Shown here: positions 42,985 through 53,875 of the stretch, one piece after another
Numbering within the stretch: position 1 is the stretch's first letter
How the letters are laid out: each line of letters opens with the position of its first letter
NCBI GenBank assembly: GCA_963711565.1
Contig: CAVQEQ010000001.1
Coordinates: 1,265,217 to 1,329,216, forward strand
Direction: 5' to 3'
Length of the DNA: 64,000 nucleotides
Origin: an uncultured delta proteobacterium
GTDB taxonomy: Bacteria > Desulfobacterota > Binatia > Binatales > Binataceae
The notes under the pieces: generated by a model
The model's input: the letters and a program-made list of their open reading frames with translations, nothing else
Database searches by the model: none
What the model was told of the DNA's origin: nothing
Made by a program: the position numbers and the translations under genes

Positions 42985-44441
42985 TATTCGGAAAACGCCG
43001 TTCCAATCTGCACGTTGCGAAACCGCGAAGGCGAAGCCCCGTGGCCGGTTCCCATCGTCTGCATCGGCTGCCCCTTGCCGCAATTGGGCGTGCCCCACAA
43101 GGTCCAATCCTTCGCGGAAGAAATGGCGTCGCAGGAATTCCAGAACTCCGTGGTAATCCCGCCATAACTGGGATTTTTCAGCATCCGAACTTTTTTGCCG
43201 CCCTTAATTTCCCAACCAATCTCGGTAGAAAACTGAAACTGATACCGCCGGTCGTCAATCGACCAGGACTTATTGGTCTCCATCAAAATCCCGTCGTCCG
43301 TATCGGCAATCAAATTTTCGTATACCCACGAGCCGGGCAGCAGGCTGATATTCGTCATGCGGATAATCGGCAAGCGGTTCCAGCTTTCGGTGCGCATCGT
43401 CCCGGAAGAGCGCTTCAGCCCAATCAATTTCGCGGTCTCGCGATTCGAAAGATACCCGCGGAATTGCCCGTCCTTGATGATGTCCGTGCACTGCGCCGGT
43501 ACGCCCTCATCATCAAACGCAAAACTCCCCAGTCCCGGACCGTGTGCAATCGTCGCATCCGCCACCACGTTCACGATGTCCGATCCATACCGCAGGTGAT
43601 TCAATTTTTCCAGCGTAAGAAAACTGGTCCCCGCAAAATTGGCCTCTTCACCCAGCACGCGGTCGAGTTCAATCGGATGCCCCACCGACTCATGAATCTG
43701 CAAGCCCAGCTGCGACCCGCCAAGTATCAGCGTTCCAGTTTTCTGCGGACATTGCGCAGCCGAATGCAGCGCTGCGGCCTCTTCCGCGATCAGTGGCGCA
43801 TGCTTTAACAATTCCAGCGACTCAACCAGCTCATATCCAGCCAGCGCATGTTGCCCGCCGAAACTATTCGGATAGGAGCGCTTCTGAATTTCATCACCCT
43901 GGAACGCGGTAGCCACAATCCCACAACCAGAAATCACCTTGCGCTGATGAATTCGCGAACCGATGCTCGACGCAAACCACGAATCAATCTTGCGAAACTG
44001 CATATCCGTTTCCGTCAGCGTCACGCCCTTAACCCGCCGCATCTCGGCGTCGGCGGCCAGCAACAGAGACAGCTGCGATTCCAGCGGAATTTCAAACGGA
44101 TCTTTGATGAAAGGGCTCTGCCAGCTATCCACAAACGCAATTTCATCCACCATAGAAACTTCATGCCGCTTGGCCAACGCCGAAGCTTTTCCAATCGACA
44201 CCGCGTGGGCCGCGCAAGCGGCCACCCCATCCCGCGTCAAGCGATCCGTCGACGCAAATCCCCAAGCCCCATTCGCCAGGACGCGAATGCCCAACCCGAT
44301 CGATTCGGACTGCGCCAGAGTTCCCACTTGTCCATTTTTCGTGGTCAAATCGCGCTGCCGCAAATGCATCACGCGCACATCGGCATACGTCGCCCCGCGC
44401 AGCTTTGCGATATCCAGAGAATGTGTCGCCAGGTCCCACAT
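42984..44441 (-). CDS. tldD: TldD family metalloprotease
   Basis: GAWGFAS, HESVGH..E.DR, FDDEG, RMTN, CGKGQP. Confidence 0.93.
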   Translation of the reverse strand: MWDLATHSLDIAKLRGATYADVRVMHLRQRDLTTKNGQVGTLAQSESIGLGIRVLANGAWGFASTDRLTRDGVAACAAHAVSIGKASALAKRHEVSMVDEIAFVDSWQSPFIKDPFEIPLESQLSLLLAADAEMRRVKGVTLTETDMQFRKIDSWFASSIGSRIHQRKVISGCGIVATAFQGDEIQKRSYPNSFGGQHALAGYELVESLELLKHAPLIAEEAAALHSAAQCPQKTGTLILGGSQLGLQIHESVGHPIELDRVLGEEANFAGTSFLTLEKLNHLRYGSDIVNVVADATIAHGPGLGSFAFDDEGVPAQCTDIIKDGQFRGYLSNRETAKLIGLKRSSGTMRTESWNRLPIIRMTNISLLPGSWVYENLIADTDDGILMETNKSWSIDDRRYQFQFSTEIGWEIKGGKKVRMLKNPSYGGITTEFWNSCDAISSAKDWTLWGTPNCGKGQPMQTMGTGHGASPSRFRNVQIGTAFSE

Positions 44442-44444
44442 AGC

Positions 44445-45170
44445 TTAGTGTGAATCCGCAGTTCCGTCCGACCAGTTGCGAACGGGAATCAGGAAAATGG
44501 TCAAGTGTTCCGACTTGGCGGGGGCCGCGATGATAGGGGAACCCGGCAGATTGGCGCCCCAGGCTGCCGCATCCGTTAGCGGCGTGAAAAACATCACGTG
44601 CGGATGCCAGTGCGGGTCATCGTCAGCCAGATACGCCTGCTTAGACATCATGTAGCACATTGCACCGGGTTCCGGCGTCGGCAATTCCTCGCGGGTGATG
44701 GCGGCGTCGATCGCCACGCCGATCTGCTCTGCGGTGCGCCCCGCCAATACCCACTCAGTCTTCTTGAGAATCAGCGGCATGTAGGAGTGCGCGGCCGCTG
44801 CATTAAAACAGATCGGGGAACGTATCTTGGCATTCCAGAACTCGGGGAAGTCTGCTGCCGCGGCCCAACCTCGTAGCACCATGCACGCGAAGCCATTCTT
44901 CCCTTTCATCGCTGTCTCGTAACCATGGCGGGAAAGAACCAGCACCTCCGCGTCGCTCGAGATGGCGTCCGGCGCCGCACCGCGTGCCAGAGCGATCTCG
45001 GCGTCGCGGTCCGCGATGAGGTATTGTTCGAGCGGCGCCATGGTGGCGTAAGTACTTAGGGCGTTGGATGCCTGCGCGTTGGGTGCCTGCGCGCTGGCCG
45101 GCCCAGCCACCACGAACAAAGCGAACACGGCGATTGTGCTCGCAGTGAGTTTAAGAATGTTGGGCTTCAT
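44445..45170 (-). CDS. Conserved hypothetical exported protein
   Basis: Signal peptide; EIALAR.AAP, G.NGF.C, P.CFN, AMCYMMSK, HWHPH.MF. Confidence 0.8.
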   Translation of the reverse strand: MKPNILKLTASTIAVFALFVVAGPASAQAPNAQASNALSTYATMAPLEQYLIADRDAEIALARGAAPDAISSDAEVLVLSRHGYETAMKGKNGFACMVLRGWAAAADFPEFWNAKIRSPICFNAAAAHSYMPLILKKTEWVLAGRTAEQIGVAIDAAITREELPTPEPGAMCYMMSKQAYLADDDPHWHPHVMFFTPLTDAAAWGANLPGSPIIAAPAKSEHLTIFLIPVRNWSDGTADSH

Positions 45171-45278
45171 GCGTTCTCCCGGAAAGGAGAGACATTGTAG
45201 CGCAGCAGTGCTCGCCGCGGACACCAGCTCGGTCCGCCGATGGATTCTTCTGAAGAAAACGAAATACGCGTCTTCTGC

Positions 45279-46558
<1,280 letters not shown>

Positions 46559-46654
46559 CGGTAGAGCTCCTAAATTTTCTTCGATTGGATATTTCTGTAG
46601 CGATTCAAATCTGCGCGAAAACCATTGGCCTAAATTAAGTAGCTAGGAAAAGAA

Positions 46655-47862
46655 TTACCGCCGCGCCCCAACTTCCGCCGCAGCCGTCTGCGCCGGTGCG
46701 CCCAGTCCCGCAGCCTTCCGCAACGCATCCGCGCGGTCCGTGCGTTCCCAGGTGAATGCCGGGCCGTCCGCCCAAAGTGCCCGTAAGCCGCCGTCGGCTT
46801 GATACACCGGACGCCGCAAATCCAGCGCCTCGATAATCCCCTTCGGCGTCAGCAAAAATGTCTCGCGCACCAAGGAAGTAATCTGCTCTTCGGCAACGGT
46901 TGCCGTGCCAAAAGTATCCGACCATCACCGAAACCGGCTCGGCCACGCCAATCGCATAAGCCAGCTGCACTTCGCGCCTTGGTCGCCAATCCCGCCGCCA
47001 CCACATTCTTCGCCACGTACCGCGCCATATAGCAAGCCGAACGATCCACCTTGGTTGGATCCTTGCCCGAAAACGCGCCGCCGCCGTGCCGGCTGTAGCC
47101 GCCATACGTATCCACAATAATCTTCCGGCCGGTCAGCCCCGCGTCGCCCATCGGCCCGCCAACCACGAAGCGCCCGGTAGGATTAATGTGGATACTTCGT
47201 GTTCTGAATCCAGCAGCGGAGCGGGCACGACTGTGCTTGAATCACATCTCGCATGCACGCGCTGCGCAGATCTTCGTTCGAAACTTTGTCGCTGTGCTGC
47301 GTGGAAATAACCACGGCAGTCCACCCGCACCGGCCGTCCATCTTCGTATTCCACGCGTGACCTGCGACTTGCCGTCCGGCCGCAGAAAATCCACTTTCCT
47401 CGTCTTGCGAACTTCCGCCAGCCGACGCGTCAGTTGATGCGCCAGATGATCGGCAACGGCATCAATTCGTGCGTCTCATCGCAAGCAAAACCAAACATCA
47501 GGCCCTGGTCGCCCGCTCCGCCCGTATCCACGCCCATCGCGATGTCCGGCGACTGGCGCTTGATCGACACAATACCGCGCAAGTGTCGCCGTCAAATCCA
47601 TAGGTCGGCGTCGTCGTAACCGACTTCGCGAATCGTCTCGCGCACCAATCTCGTCATAATCCACGTGCGCCGAGGTCGTAATTTCCCCGGCCACCACCGC
47701 CAAGCCAGTCGTAACCAGAGTCTCGCAAGCCACGCGACCCTTCGGATCCTGCTTCATCACCTCATCCAGCACCGCATCCGAAATCTGGTCCGCGATCTTG
47801 TCCGGGTGACCTTCCGTCACCGATTCCGACGTAAACAGATAATTCCTAAGTGTTTCGCTCAA
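46655..47862 (-). CDS. metK: S-adenosylmethionine synthetase, frameshifted
   Basis: [61 protein letters not shown]. Confidence 0.96.
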
Positions 47863-48209
47863 GTCGAACGCTCCTCTGGGGTTGCCGCGCGCCGTCTTCC
47901 TCAGCCTTCGTCGGCGCGAATCTCAAAATTCGCACCTTGCCGTGGCTCAAAATTGGGGCCTTACGCAGACATGCCCGTGCACAGTTCGTTTAGATTTAAC
48001 CGCATGTCCAAGACACAAATACACGCCCTAACACACAGCATTTAACCTTCCAAGCCTACCATCCCGTCTTGAAACTTAGCAACGCATTGAAGTGAATGGA
48101 GTTATCCGCAGGTCGAGCGGCCATTTTCGCACCCTGAATGGAGGAATTTATCCCCCGAGGCTCATCTCTTTGACCTCGCAGGCCCTCAGATTTGGACAAC
48201 TTCCAGCGT

Positions 48210-49682
48210 TCAAGTAAGCGGCGGCAACCCAACTCGCGCCAGCAATTCCCGAAACGCGGGCTCGCCATGCAAGCTATCCAGATTTTCGTCCACGCGCAGA
48301 GCCACATCCCGCGCCTCGCGCTTGTCGACCGAAACCTTCAGCAATGTCAGCGCGTGTTGCTTGTCACCCAGCAGACAGTAAGTTGTGGCCAACTCATACG
48401 CCGGAAAAATGCCCTCGCCGTAGAGTTTCTCTTCCACCGGCAACACGGCCCGCAACATCCCCGGCCCGCCTGCCGCTGCGAAACCCCTCTTCCCTGCCGC
48501 CGCAATTTTCAATCCATTTTGATCGTGCAATAGCTCCGCCGTATGCCCGAACTCCAGCAAATAGTCTTGGTAATCCCGAATTTGCAGATCAATCACCGCC
48601 AGATAAGCATGCGGCGATAGAAACGTCGGCTCCGTAGCTTCTATATGTTTCAGCAGCGCTATGGACTGCGCCCTCTGCCCCGCGCTGAACAGAATCAGTC
48701 CTTTGTCCGCCAGTATCGCGGAAGACTCCGGATCCAGCTTGCGCGCCTCTTCAATCTGCTCCAAAGCTTCCGGCTCTCGCCCAAGCACCATCAGAAATGT
48801 CGCATACCAGTGGTGGGCCGCCGCGGAGTTCGGATCGAGTTCGATAGCCCGCCGAAATTCGTGCTCCGCTCCGGCCTCGTCCCATGACCAATAGAAATCC
48901 ACGAAGGCCAGCGAATTGTGAGCTTCCGCAAGCGAATCATCCAGCGCAATGGCCCGTTGCGCAGCGGCCATCGCCCGCGGATACGCCTCGTTGGCGGGCA
49001 TCAGCGTATACTCGCGCAGCAGGTTGTAACAATTCGCCAGTCCCGCATATGCCGGCGCGTAATTCGGATCGCGCACAATCGCTTGTGTAAAGTTATCGAC
49101 CGCCTGATTGAGATCTTGTGGAGTTCGCTTGTTCCAGTGGTACAGCCCCCGCAAATAAAGATCTTGCGCCTCGGGACTCGCCGACGGCTTCAACCCCACA
49201 GGCATCGCCGCAGCAACACTGGAAACTTTTCCGTGAAAACGCCGATAGCCGAAAAAAGTGCCCGCCAGAAGAATCACGGCCGCGGCGGCGAGTCCCAGAA
49301 TAAGCAGCGTGCGCCGGGACGCCCATGCAGTGCGCGCTTCCGATCCCTGGTGAACTGAAGAAATTTCGGGCTCGACCGCCCGCCCATCCTCGGAACTAGT
49401 TAAGTCCCCTGCCGTATCCGCGGTCTTCAGCCACTCCGTCAATTCGCCGGTATACGCGTAAACCCCGCCACGGCCAGCCCCCGGAACCCGGTGCACCGGC
49501 AGTCCGCGCTCGACCTCCCAGCGCCGCACCGTGCGTTCATCCCGCTCGAAAAACGCGCCGATGGATTTCCACGAGGTCAACCGCTCGTCGGACCGCCTCT
49601 GCTCGGGTGGATTTGGATCGTTAGGCAAGGCCTTACCCCACGATGTTCGCGAGTACCGATATGGGAAGGACTGCAAAGCCAA
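48210..49682 (-). CDS. Xis/MerR-like HTH - TM - TPR transmembrane regulator (start possibly TTG at 49628)
   Basis: RLTSWKSIGAFFERDERTVRRWEVERGLPVHR; one TM; EA.DLYL.G...WNKRT, DPNYAPAYAGLA TPRs. Confidence 0.85.
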   Translation of the reverse strand: MALQSFPYRYSRTSWGKALPNDPNPPEQRRSDERLTSWKSIGAFFERDERTVRRWEVERGLPVHRVPGAGRGGVYAYTGELTEWLKTADTAGDLTSSEDGRAVEPEISSVHQGSEARTAWASRRTLLILGLAAAAVILLAGTFFGYRRFHGKVSSVAAAMPVGLKPSASPEAQDLYLRGLYHWNKRTPQDLNQAVDNFTQAIVRDPNYAPAYAGLANCYNLLREYTLMPANEAYPRAMAAAQRAIALDDSLAEAHNSLAFVDFYWSWDEAGAEHEFRRAIELDPNSAAAHHWYATFLMVLGREPEALEQIEEARKLDPESSAILADKGLILFSAGQRAQSIALLKHIEATEPTFLSPHAYLAVIDLQIRDYQDYLLEFGHTAELLHDQNGLKIAAAGKRGFAAAGGPGMLRAVLPVEEKLYGEGIFPAYELATTYCLLGDKQHALTLLKVSVDKREARDVALRVDENLDSLHGEPAFRELLARVGLPPLT

Positions 49683-49990
49683 CTTGCGAATGCAAAGGGC
49701 CCGGGACCGGATGGCCTCTATCCCGATCGGATAGTAGGTCTTTACAACATTATCTATCTAGGATGGAAAATATATTAATCACCAGACAATATCACGAACC
49801 TATCGCAAAGAATACTCCTGGCCCTTTACGGAAACGCCTACCGGTAGCTGCCCCCTCTGCCCAGTCGCCTCTGCAAAACTCGAGTAATTGTTCGCTCTAT
49901 GTGTGCAAAGAAGTTCCGCCAGGACCGACCTAGACTTGAATTTCCCGTGAACCGTCCCGCTTTTCTTCCGTTTTTCTTGCGCTCCGCAGG

Positions 49991-50026
49991 CGGACATCAA
50001 CGGACACCTCCTGACATCTGCGGACG
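49991..50026 (+). promoter_or_regulatory. Four direct repeats with exact 10-bp period (putative operator)
   Basis: CGGACA 49991, CGGACA 50001, CTGACA 50011, CGGACG 50021. Confidence 0.6.
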
Positions 50027-50173
50027 AGAATCGCCACAATCCAATTTATCGCCAATAACCGCCTTTTCAGGCCCGCAGAGTGCATCGTTTCTCCGCAACC
50101 AGTTCTGGGCACGGTGTGCCCCACGGCACGGAACCGGTACGAGAAACGAAAACGTTACAGGGAGAAAAAGCTG

Positions 50174-50830
50174 ATGCGAACTTCAGGGATCAGGGCCCTT
50201 ATCCTCGGTGCCGTACTGCTGTTGGCGACTGTCGCGCTGCTGCCGTCGCCCGCCAGCGCCACCATCTACAACTTTAACGAAGTCTATAATGTGACCGGTC
50301 AGACCTGCAGCGCCGGCGACTGCTTCTTTGCTTGGGTTCCGCCGTCAACCCTATTTCTGCATGCCGGTGACGTCGTCAATCTCGACGTAACCTTCAGCAC
50401 GCCTACCTATACCGTCGGTGGCGCAACCGGCTCCAACGCCCTCTACGCCGCGTTGCTGGACACCAATTACTTCAATTCCGCGGTGGGAACTCCCTCCACC
50501 GACAGCGCCACCTCCACGGAAACCCTTCCCGGTTATACCGGTCCTGCAGGTATCAATACTTCTGCGCGCACCTTCCCGGAATCTGACTTTTACTTGGCGT
50601 ACGCCAGCCTGGCGGGACCCAATAGCGGCTTCTCCGTAACCGGATTCAACGCCGTATTCGATATCAACAACACCGATCCAAATCAAATCGAATTCTTCGC
50701 CGTCGAGACCCAACTCATCAATACGCCAACAGTGCCCGAACCCAGCACAGTCGGGCTAACAATCCTCGCGCTAGGCTTCCTCTTCGCCATGCGCAAACGC
50801 CTACCGCAACCTCTCAACCGCACCGTCTAA
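50174..50830 (+). CDS. PEP-CTERM sorting domain surface protein
   Basis: Signal peptide, Ser/Thr/Asn-rich body, VPEPST-TM-RKR terminus. Confidence 0.92.
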   Translation: MRTSGIRALILGAVLLLATVALLPSPASATIYNFNEVYNVTGQTCSAGDCFFAWVPPSTLFLHAGDVVNLDVTFSTPTYTVGGATGSNALYAALLDTNYFNSAVGTPSTDSATSTETLPGYTGPAGINTSARTFPESDFYLAYASLAGPNSGFSVTGFNAVFDINNTDPNQIEFFAVETQLINTPTVPEPSTVGLTILALGFLFAMRKRLPQPLNRTV

Positions 50831-50963
50831 ACCCCAGCCCCGGCGAAGCCGGCCATTCGGCGCAAGTACAACGGTTGCGGCCCGGACCTAAGCCGCAAGA
50901 ACGATTCTGCTAACCCACGCTCGGATTCTTCGAGCGTGGGTTTGCATTTGCTGTTGCCGTTGG

Positions 50964-51035
50964 CCTTGCCTATGTAGGCGTCAGGCTTCAGCCCCGCATG
51001 ACCAGGCGTTTGCGTCGTTAGCAAACACGGTCACC
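50964..51035 (+). repeat. About 72-bp double-hairpin GTAG-REP-like element, copy A
   Basis: CCTTGCCTATGTAGGCGTCAGGCTTCAGCCCCGCATGACCAGGCGTTTGC...GCAAAC..GGTCACC. Confidence 0.8.
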
Positions 51036-51141
51036 GGTTCTCGCAATCCACCAACCGCACCGCCAATCACAACCTGTCGCACAGCACCACCGTGTCCGGT
51101 ATGGAACATACGAATTACCTGCACAGGCGTATCATCAAAAA

Positions 51142-51396
51142 ATGAAGCGAGACCTCCCGGTTACGAATTGCACCAAGTGTGGCAGCGCCGGCCACAACAT
51201 AAAGGTCGGCGGCGGTCGTTGCTGCAAAATCACCGGCGAAACGCGCTGCGACGGAATAAATGCTATCGCCAACAAACTTGATTGGGAGGAATGTGCCCAC
51301 TGTCAAGCGACCGGATACTACCGCAACAAGGAATGCCCGGAGTGCAAAGGCGCCGGCTACCTCTTCGTGGGCCTGCGGGACGAAGCACCGGTCTAA
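51142..51396 (+). CDS. Small Cys-rich zinc-finger protein with DnaJ-like CxxCxxxG motifs
   Basis: CTKCGSAG, CC, CAHCQATG, CPECKGAG in 84 aa. Confidence 0.8.
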   Translation: MKRDLPVTNCTKCGSAGHNIKVGGGRCCKITGETRCDGINAIANKLDWEECAHCQATGYYRNKECPECKGAGYLFVGLRDEAPV

Positions 51397-51592
51397 GCCG
51401 CACGCCGTTTCCTCGAGTGGCCGAACAAGTCCCAGCAGGGTCCGCCTTCAGCCGCAACCAACCCACCCCACTCCACAAAACATTCCCCGCAGCTCCATCC
51501 TCAAATATTCGCGATTTGCTTCTGAACTGCCGTTCACCGTTGCCGTGGTTGCCGTTCGTTGGTTGGTTGGGTGGTCTTTGTTTTGCTTCTGA

Positions 51593-51666
51593 CCTTGCCT
51601 ATGTAGGCGTCGGGCTTCAGCCCGGCATGACCAGGCGTTTGCGCCGTCAGCAAACGCCTGGTCACC
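51593..51666 (+). repeat. About 72-bp double-hairpin GTAG-REP-like element, copy B
   Basis: Direct repeat of 50964-51035 with a few substitutions. Confidence 0.8.
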
Positions 51667-51790
51667 ATCCTTGTCGCTTGGGCGGGTGCCCTGCGACAAG
51701 AGAGAAAAACACCCGTGGATATTCTCCGGAGCAGATAGAATCAACGACGATCCGTGAGCTAGCCGCGATGAAGGTCGGGTAGGGAAAGCC

Positions 51791-52234
51791 GTGAAACCAG
51801 ATCAATCAATCTACATTCAACTTGTGGACACTCAAGAGCAGCCTCTCCGGCTTGGCGGCGTCCTCGTATCCATCGAGTTCTTCACAAGCGGGAATCTTCG
51901 CTACACCTTTACTGCCGGTCGCACAGATGAAATGGGAACACTGAATCTTTCTTATCTATATTTCGAAGAAGCTCAGATCCCACAACGCTAAGTTCTTCCT
52001 GATGGATTACAACACTAAACTGGAAGAATGCGATTCCGTTATTGGAATCAGCATTCCAACCAATGTTCAACTGCGGAACCAATCCAGAATGCCACGAAGG
52101 CATTCGGTGAACCACCAGACTGGGCAAACGTGTGGCCTTCAAACGGTCAGATCGAATCAATACCACGGAAAGTCGAGCTAATCGGGCCCATAACCGAGGT
52201 GAAGCTCACTTGCAAAAGGGCGGCCGGCCAATGA
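51791..52234 (+). CDS. Hypothetical protein, apparently frameshifted
   Basis: Lower-GC ORF pieces 51791..51991 and 52028..52234 in different frames; GRTDEMG beta-rich start. Confidence 0.5.
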
Positions 52235-52740
52235 ACTCATGCCCAATAACCCGCAATCTCAACGTTATATTCCTAGCATTGACACTGCTCAATATTCCCG
52301 CGACTCACGGCGAGTCTCAGACCCTCGTCCTGTCAATCTTCACAGACAACCTCGGCGTAGCGTCGCCATCGGAAACGCATTTGTATGCGACTGTCACCGA
52401 AGGCGGCACGATGACGTATGCAGACATAACCGAGAACCGAATTGTTGACCGCAAAAGAGTGCTGACGACCGTTGAGCTTTCAAAGTTACGAGAGGTTTTT
52501 ACTAGCAGCCAATTAACCTCCTTACACGGCACAATTTCGGGTGGTAAATTTGATCTCGTGACTACCAGATGTCGTTGGAAGTTATCATTCTGCGCGGCCG
52601 CGAACGCCAGCAATTTACCCTCGTGGACTACGACCGAGCGGAAGGTCAAGGCATTCCCCCCGGGGCGAGAGAGCTGCTTTGCCTGGTCGACGAGGTTCGC
52701 GGCTCAAACTATCGAGTTTCACGGGGATGCAGGTAAGGGC
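52231..52740 (+). CDS. Hypothetical exported protein, apparently frameshifted (end approximate)
   Basis: ATG overlaps previous stop; signal-peptide-like MNSCPITRNLNVIFLALTLL. Confidence 0.45.
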
Positions 52741-52964
52741 AGCATATTGTACCGCCAGAAACTTCGGCCGGTCGGGACAAGGCCGATCGGGAAACGCGGG
52801 TATAGACGGGACGTTTTACGGTTTTTCTGTGCGGCTCGGAGTCGAGACCGATTATATGATAATAAAATACCTATGAACTAAACTAACGTCTCGGTTGGAA
52901 CGGTCCACCCAAACTGCATAGGAATAAGGAATACGATGACTAACCAACTCGAATTCCCGGATTT

Positions 52965-53366
52965 ATGATGCGCAACAAGCCTCTGGTTCTCATATTGATT
53001 GCCTTTTCTCTGGCGTTGATTGCGGTCGTCTTTGTGCCGCTTACGCCTATCCACAGCCAAGAGGTCACCTCAGCCTACGCTGCCTACCGGGCAGCCCCCT
53101 CCGATGCCAGCCGCCGAGCTTATCAAAGCACCGTGGATCGAGTGAATCGGCCACTCCACATTCTTCAATATCTATCCGGAATTTCCGGCGTGGCGCTTCT
53201 GAGCTCTCGTCACCCTGAGTTGGAAAAAAAGCGAAAGCAGACTCTGTCGAAATTACTCGCTGGCAAATCCTTACGCCGCGAAGAGTTTCCGGGCCACGGT
53301 TTGCAATTTTCACAAGGCGGATCGCTTTTTCCTACCCCCCTTTCCATTCGAACGAAGTACCTATGA
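52965..53366 (+). CDS. Small hypothetical two-TM protein (tail may be a frameshift extension)
   Basis: Two hydrophobic segments flanking a short helical loop. Confidence 0.5.
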   Translation: MMRNKPLVLILIAFSLALIAVVFVPLTPIHSQEVTSAYAAYRAAPSDASRRAYQSTVDRVNRPLHILQYLSGISGVALLSSRHPELEKKRKQTLSKLLAGKSLRREEFPGHGLQFSQGGSLFPTPLSIRTKYL

Positions 53367-53380
53367 GTTACTAACCCATA

Positions 53381-53409
53381 TTGACAAGACCACGCCCCCC
53401 AGCTATACT
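53381..53409 (+). promoter_or_regulatory. Near-consensus sigma70 promoter
   Basis: TTGACA 53381-53386, 17 bp, TATACT 53404-53409. Confidence 0.7.
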
Positions 53410-53517
53410 TCCGCGTGAACCACCAATCGCCCGCCGGGACCGCTCCTCCCCCACCGCACTCCACCCCTGGCCGCCCACTCCCCTCATTCGCACCGATCCC
53501 ACCCCACAAGTTCGCCC

Positions 53518-53756
53518 TAACCCCTTTAGAATCCGCACTTCCGCAAAATCCCCAAAACGCACTTTTTAACTCCAATAGAATCAACACGCATTTGCAAATC
53601 AGCGCCAAATTCGCCCCAAATCTCCGCCCATAACCCCAGTATCTACAACACTTCCCAACCATCCTCCACGCAACCCCTGCAGAATCAACACTTCCGAGGA
53701 AAAGGCTGTCACCCCTAAACGCACATCATCCACCAACTATTTTATAATGAATAGCT
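53518..53756 (+). repeat. Five degenerate 23-bp direct repeats with unique spacers
   Basis: Consensus about YAACYCCWNYAGAATCAACACTT at 53518, 53567, 53631, 53671, 53734 (last copy most degenerate). Confidence 0.65.
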
Positions 53757-53875
53757 TAGATGGATTCAGCACAGCGCAAAACAGCAACGGAATTACACCT
53801 GAAGTAGCAAAACTGTCAACACCCCAAATTATCCTTCAATCCGTTTTCTCGGCCCGGCTCCAGGCAGGATCCAGC

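Noticed and set aside
41578-45170. TldD/PmbA as part of a RiPP cluster
   Set aside because: No precursor, YcaO or transporter nearby; housekeeping context.
47863-47900. GAGGAGCGTTCGAC resembling an SAH riboswitch core upstream of metK/ahcY
   Set aside because: It is the metK Shine-Dalgarno directly before the TTG start; no downstream riboswitch elements and no SAM-I motif were found.
50100-50145. Sigma54 promoter for the PEP-CTERM gene
   Set aside because: GGCACG -24-like hexamers are present but no correctly spaced TTGC -12 element.
53518-53756. CRISPR array
   Set aside because: Repeats are degenerate, spacer lengths run 17-41 bp, and there are no cas genes; kept as an unexplained repeat.
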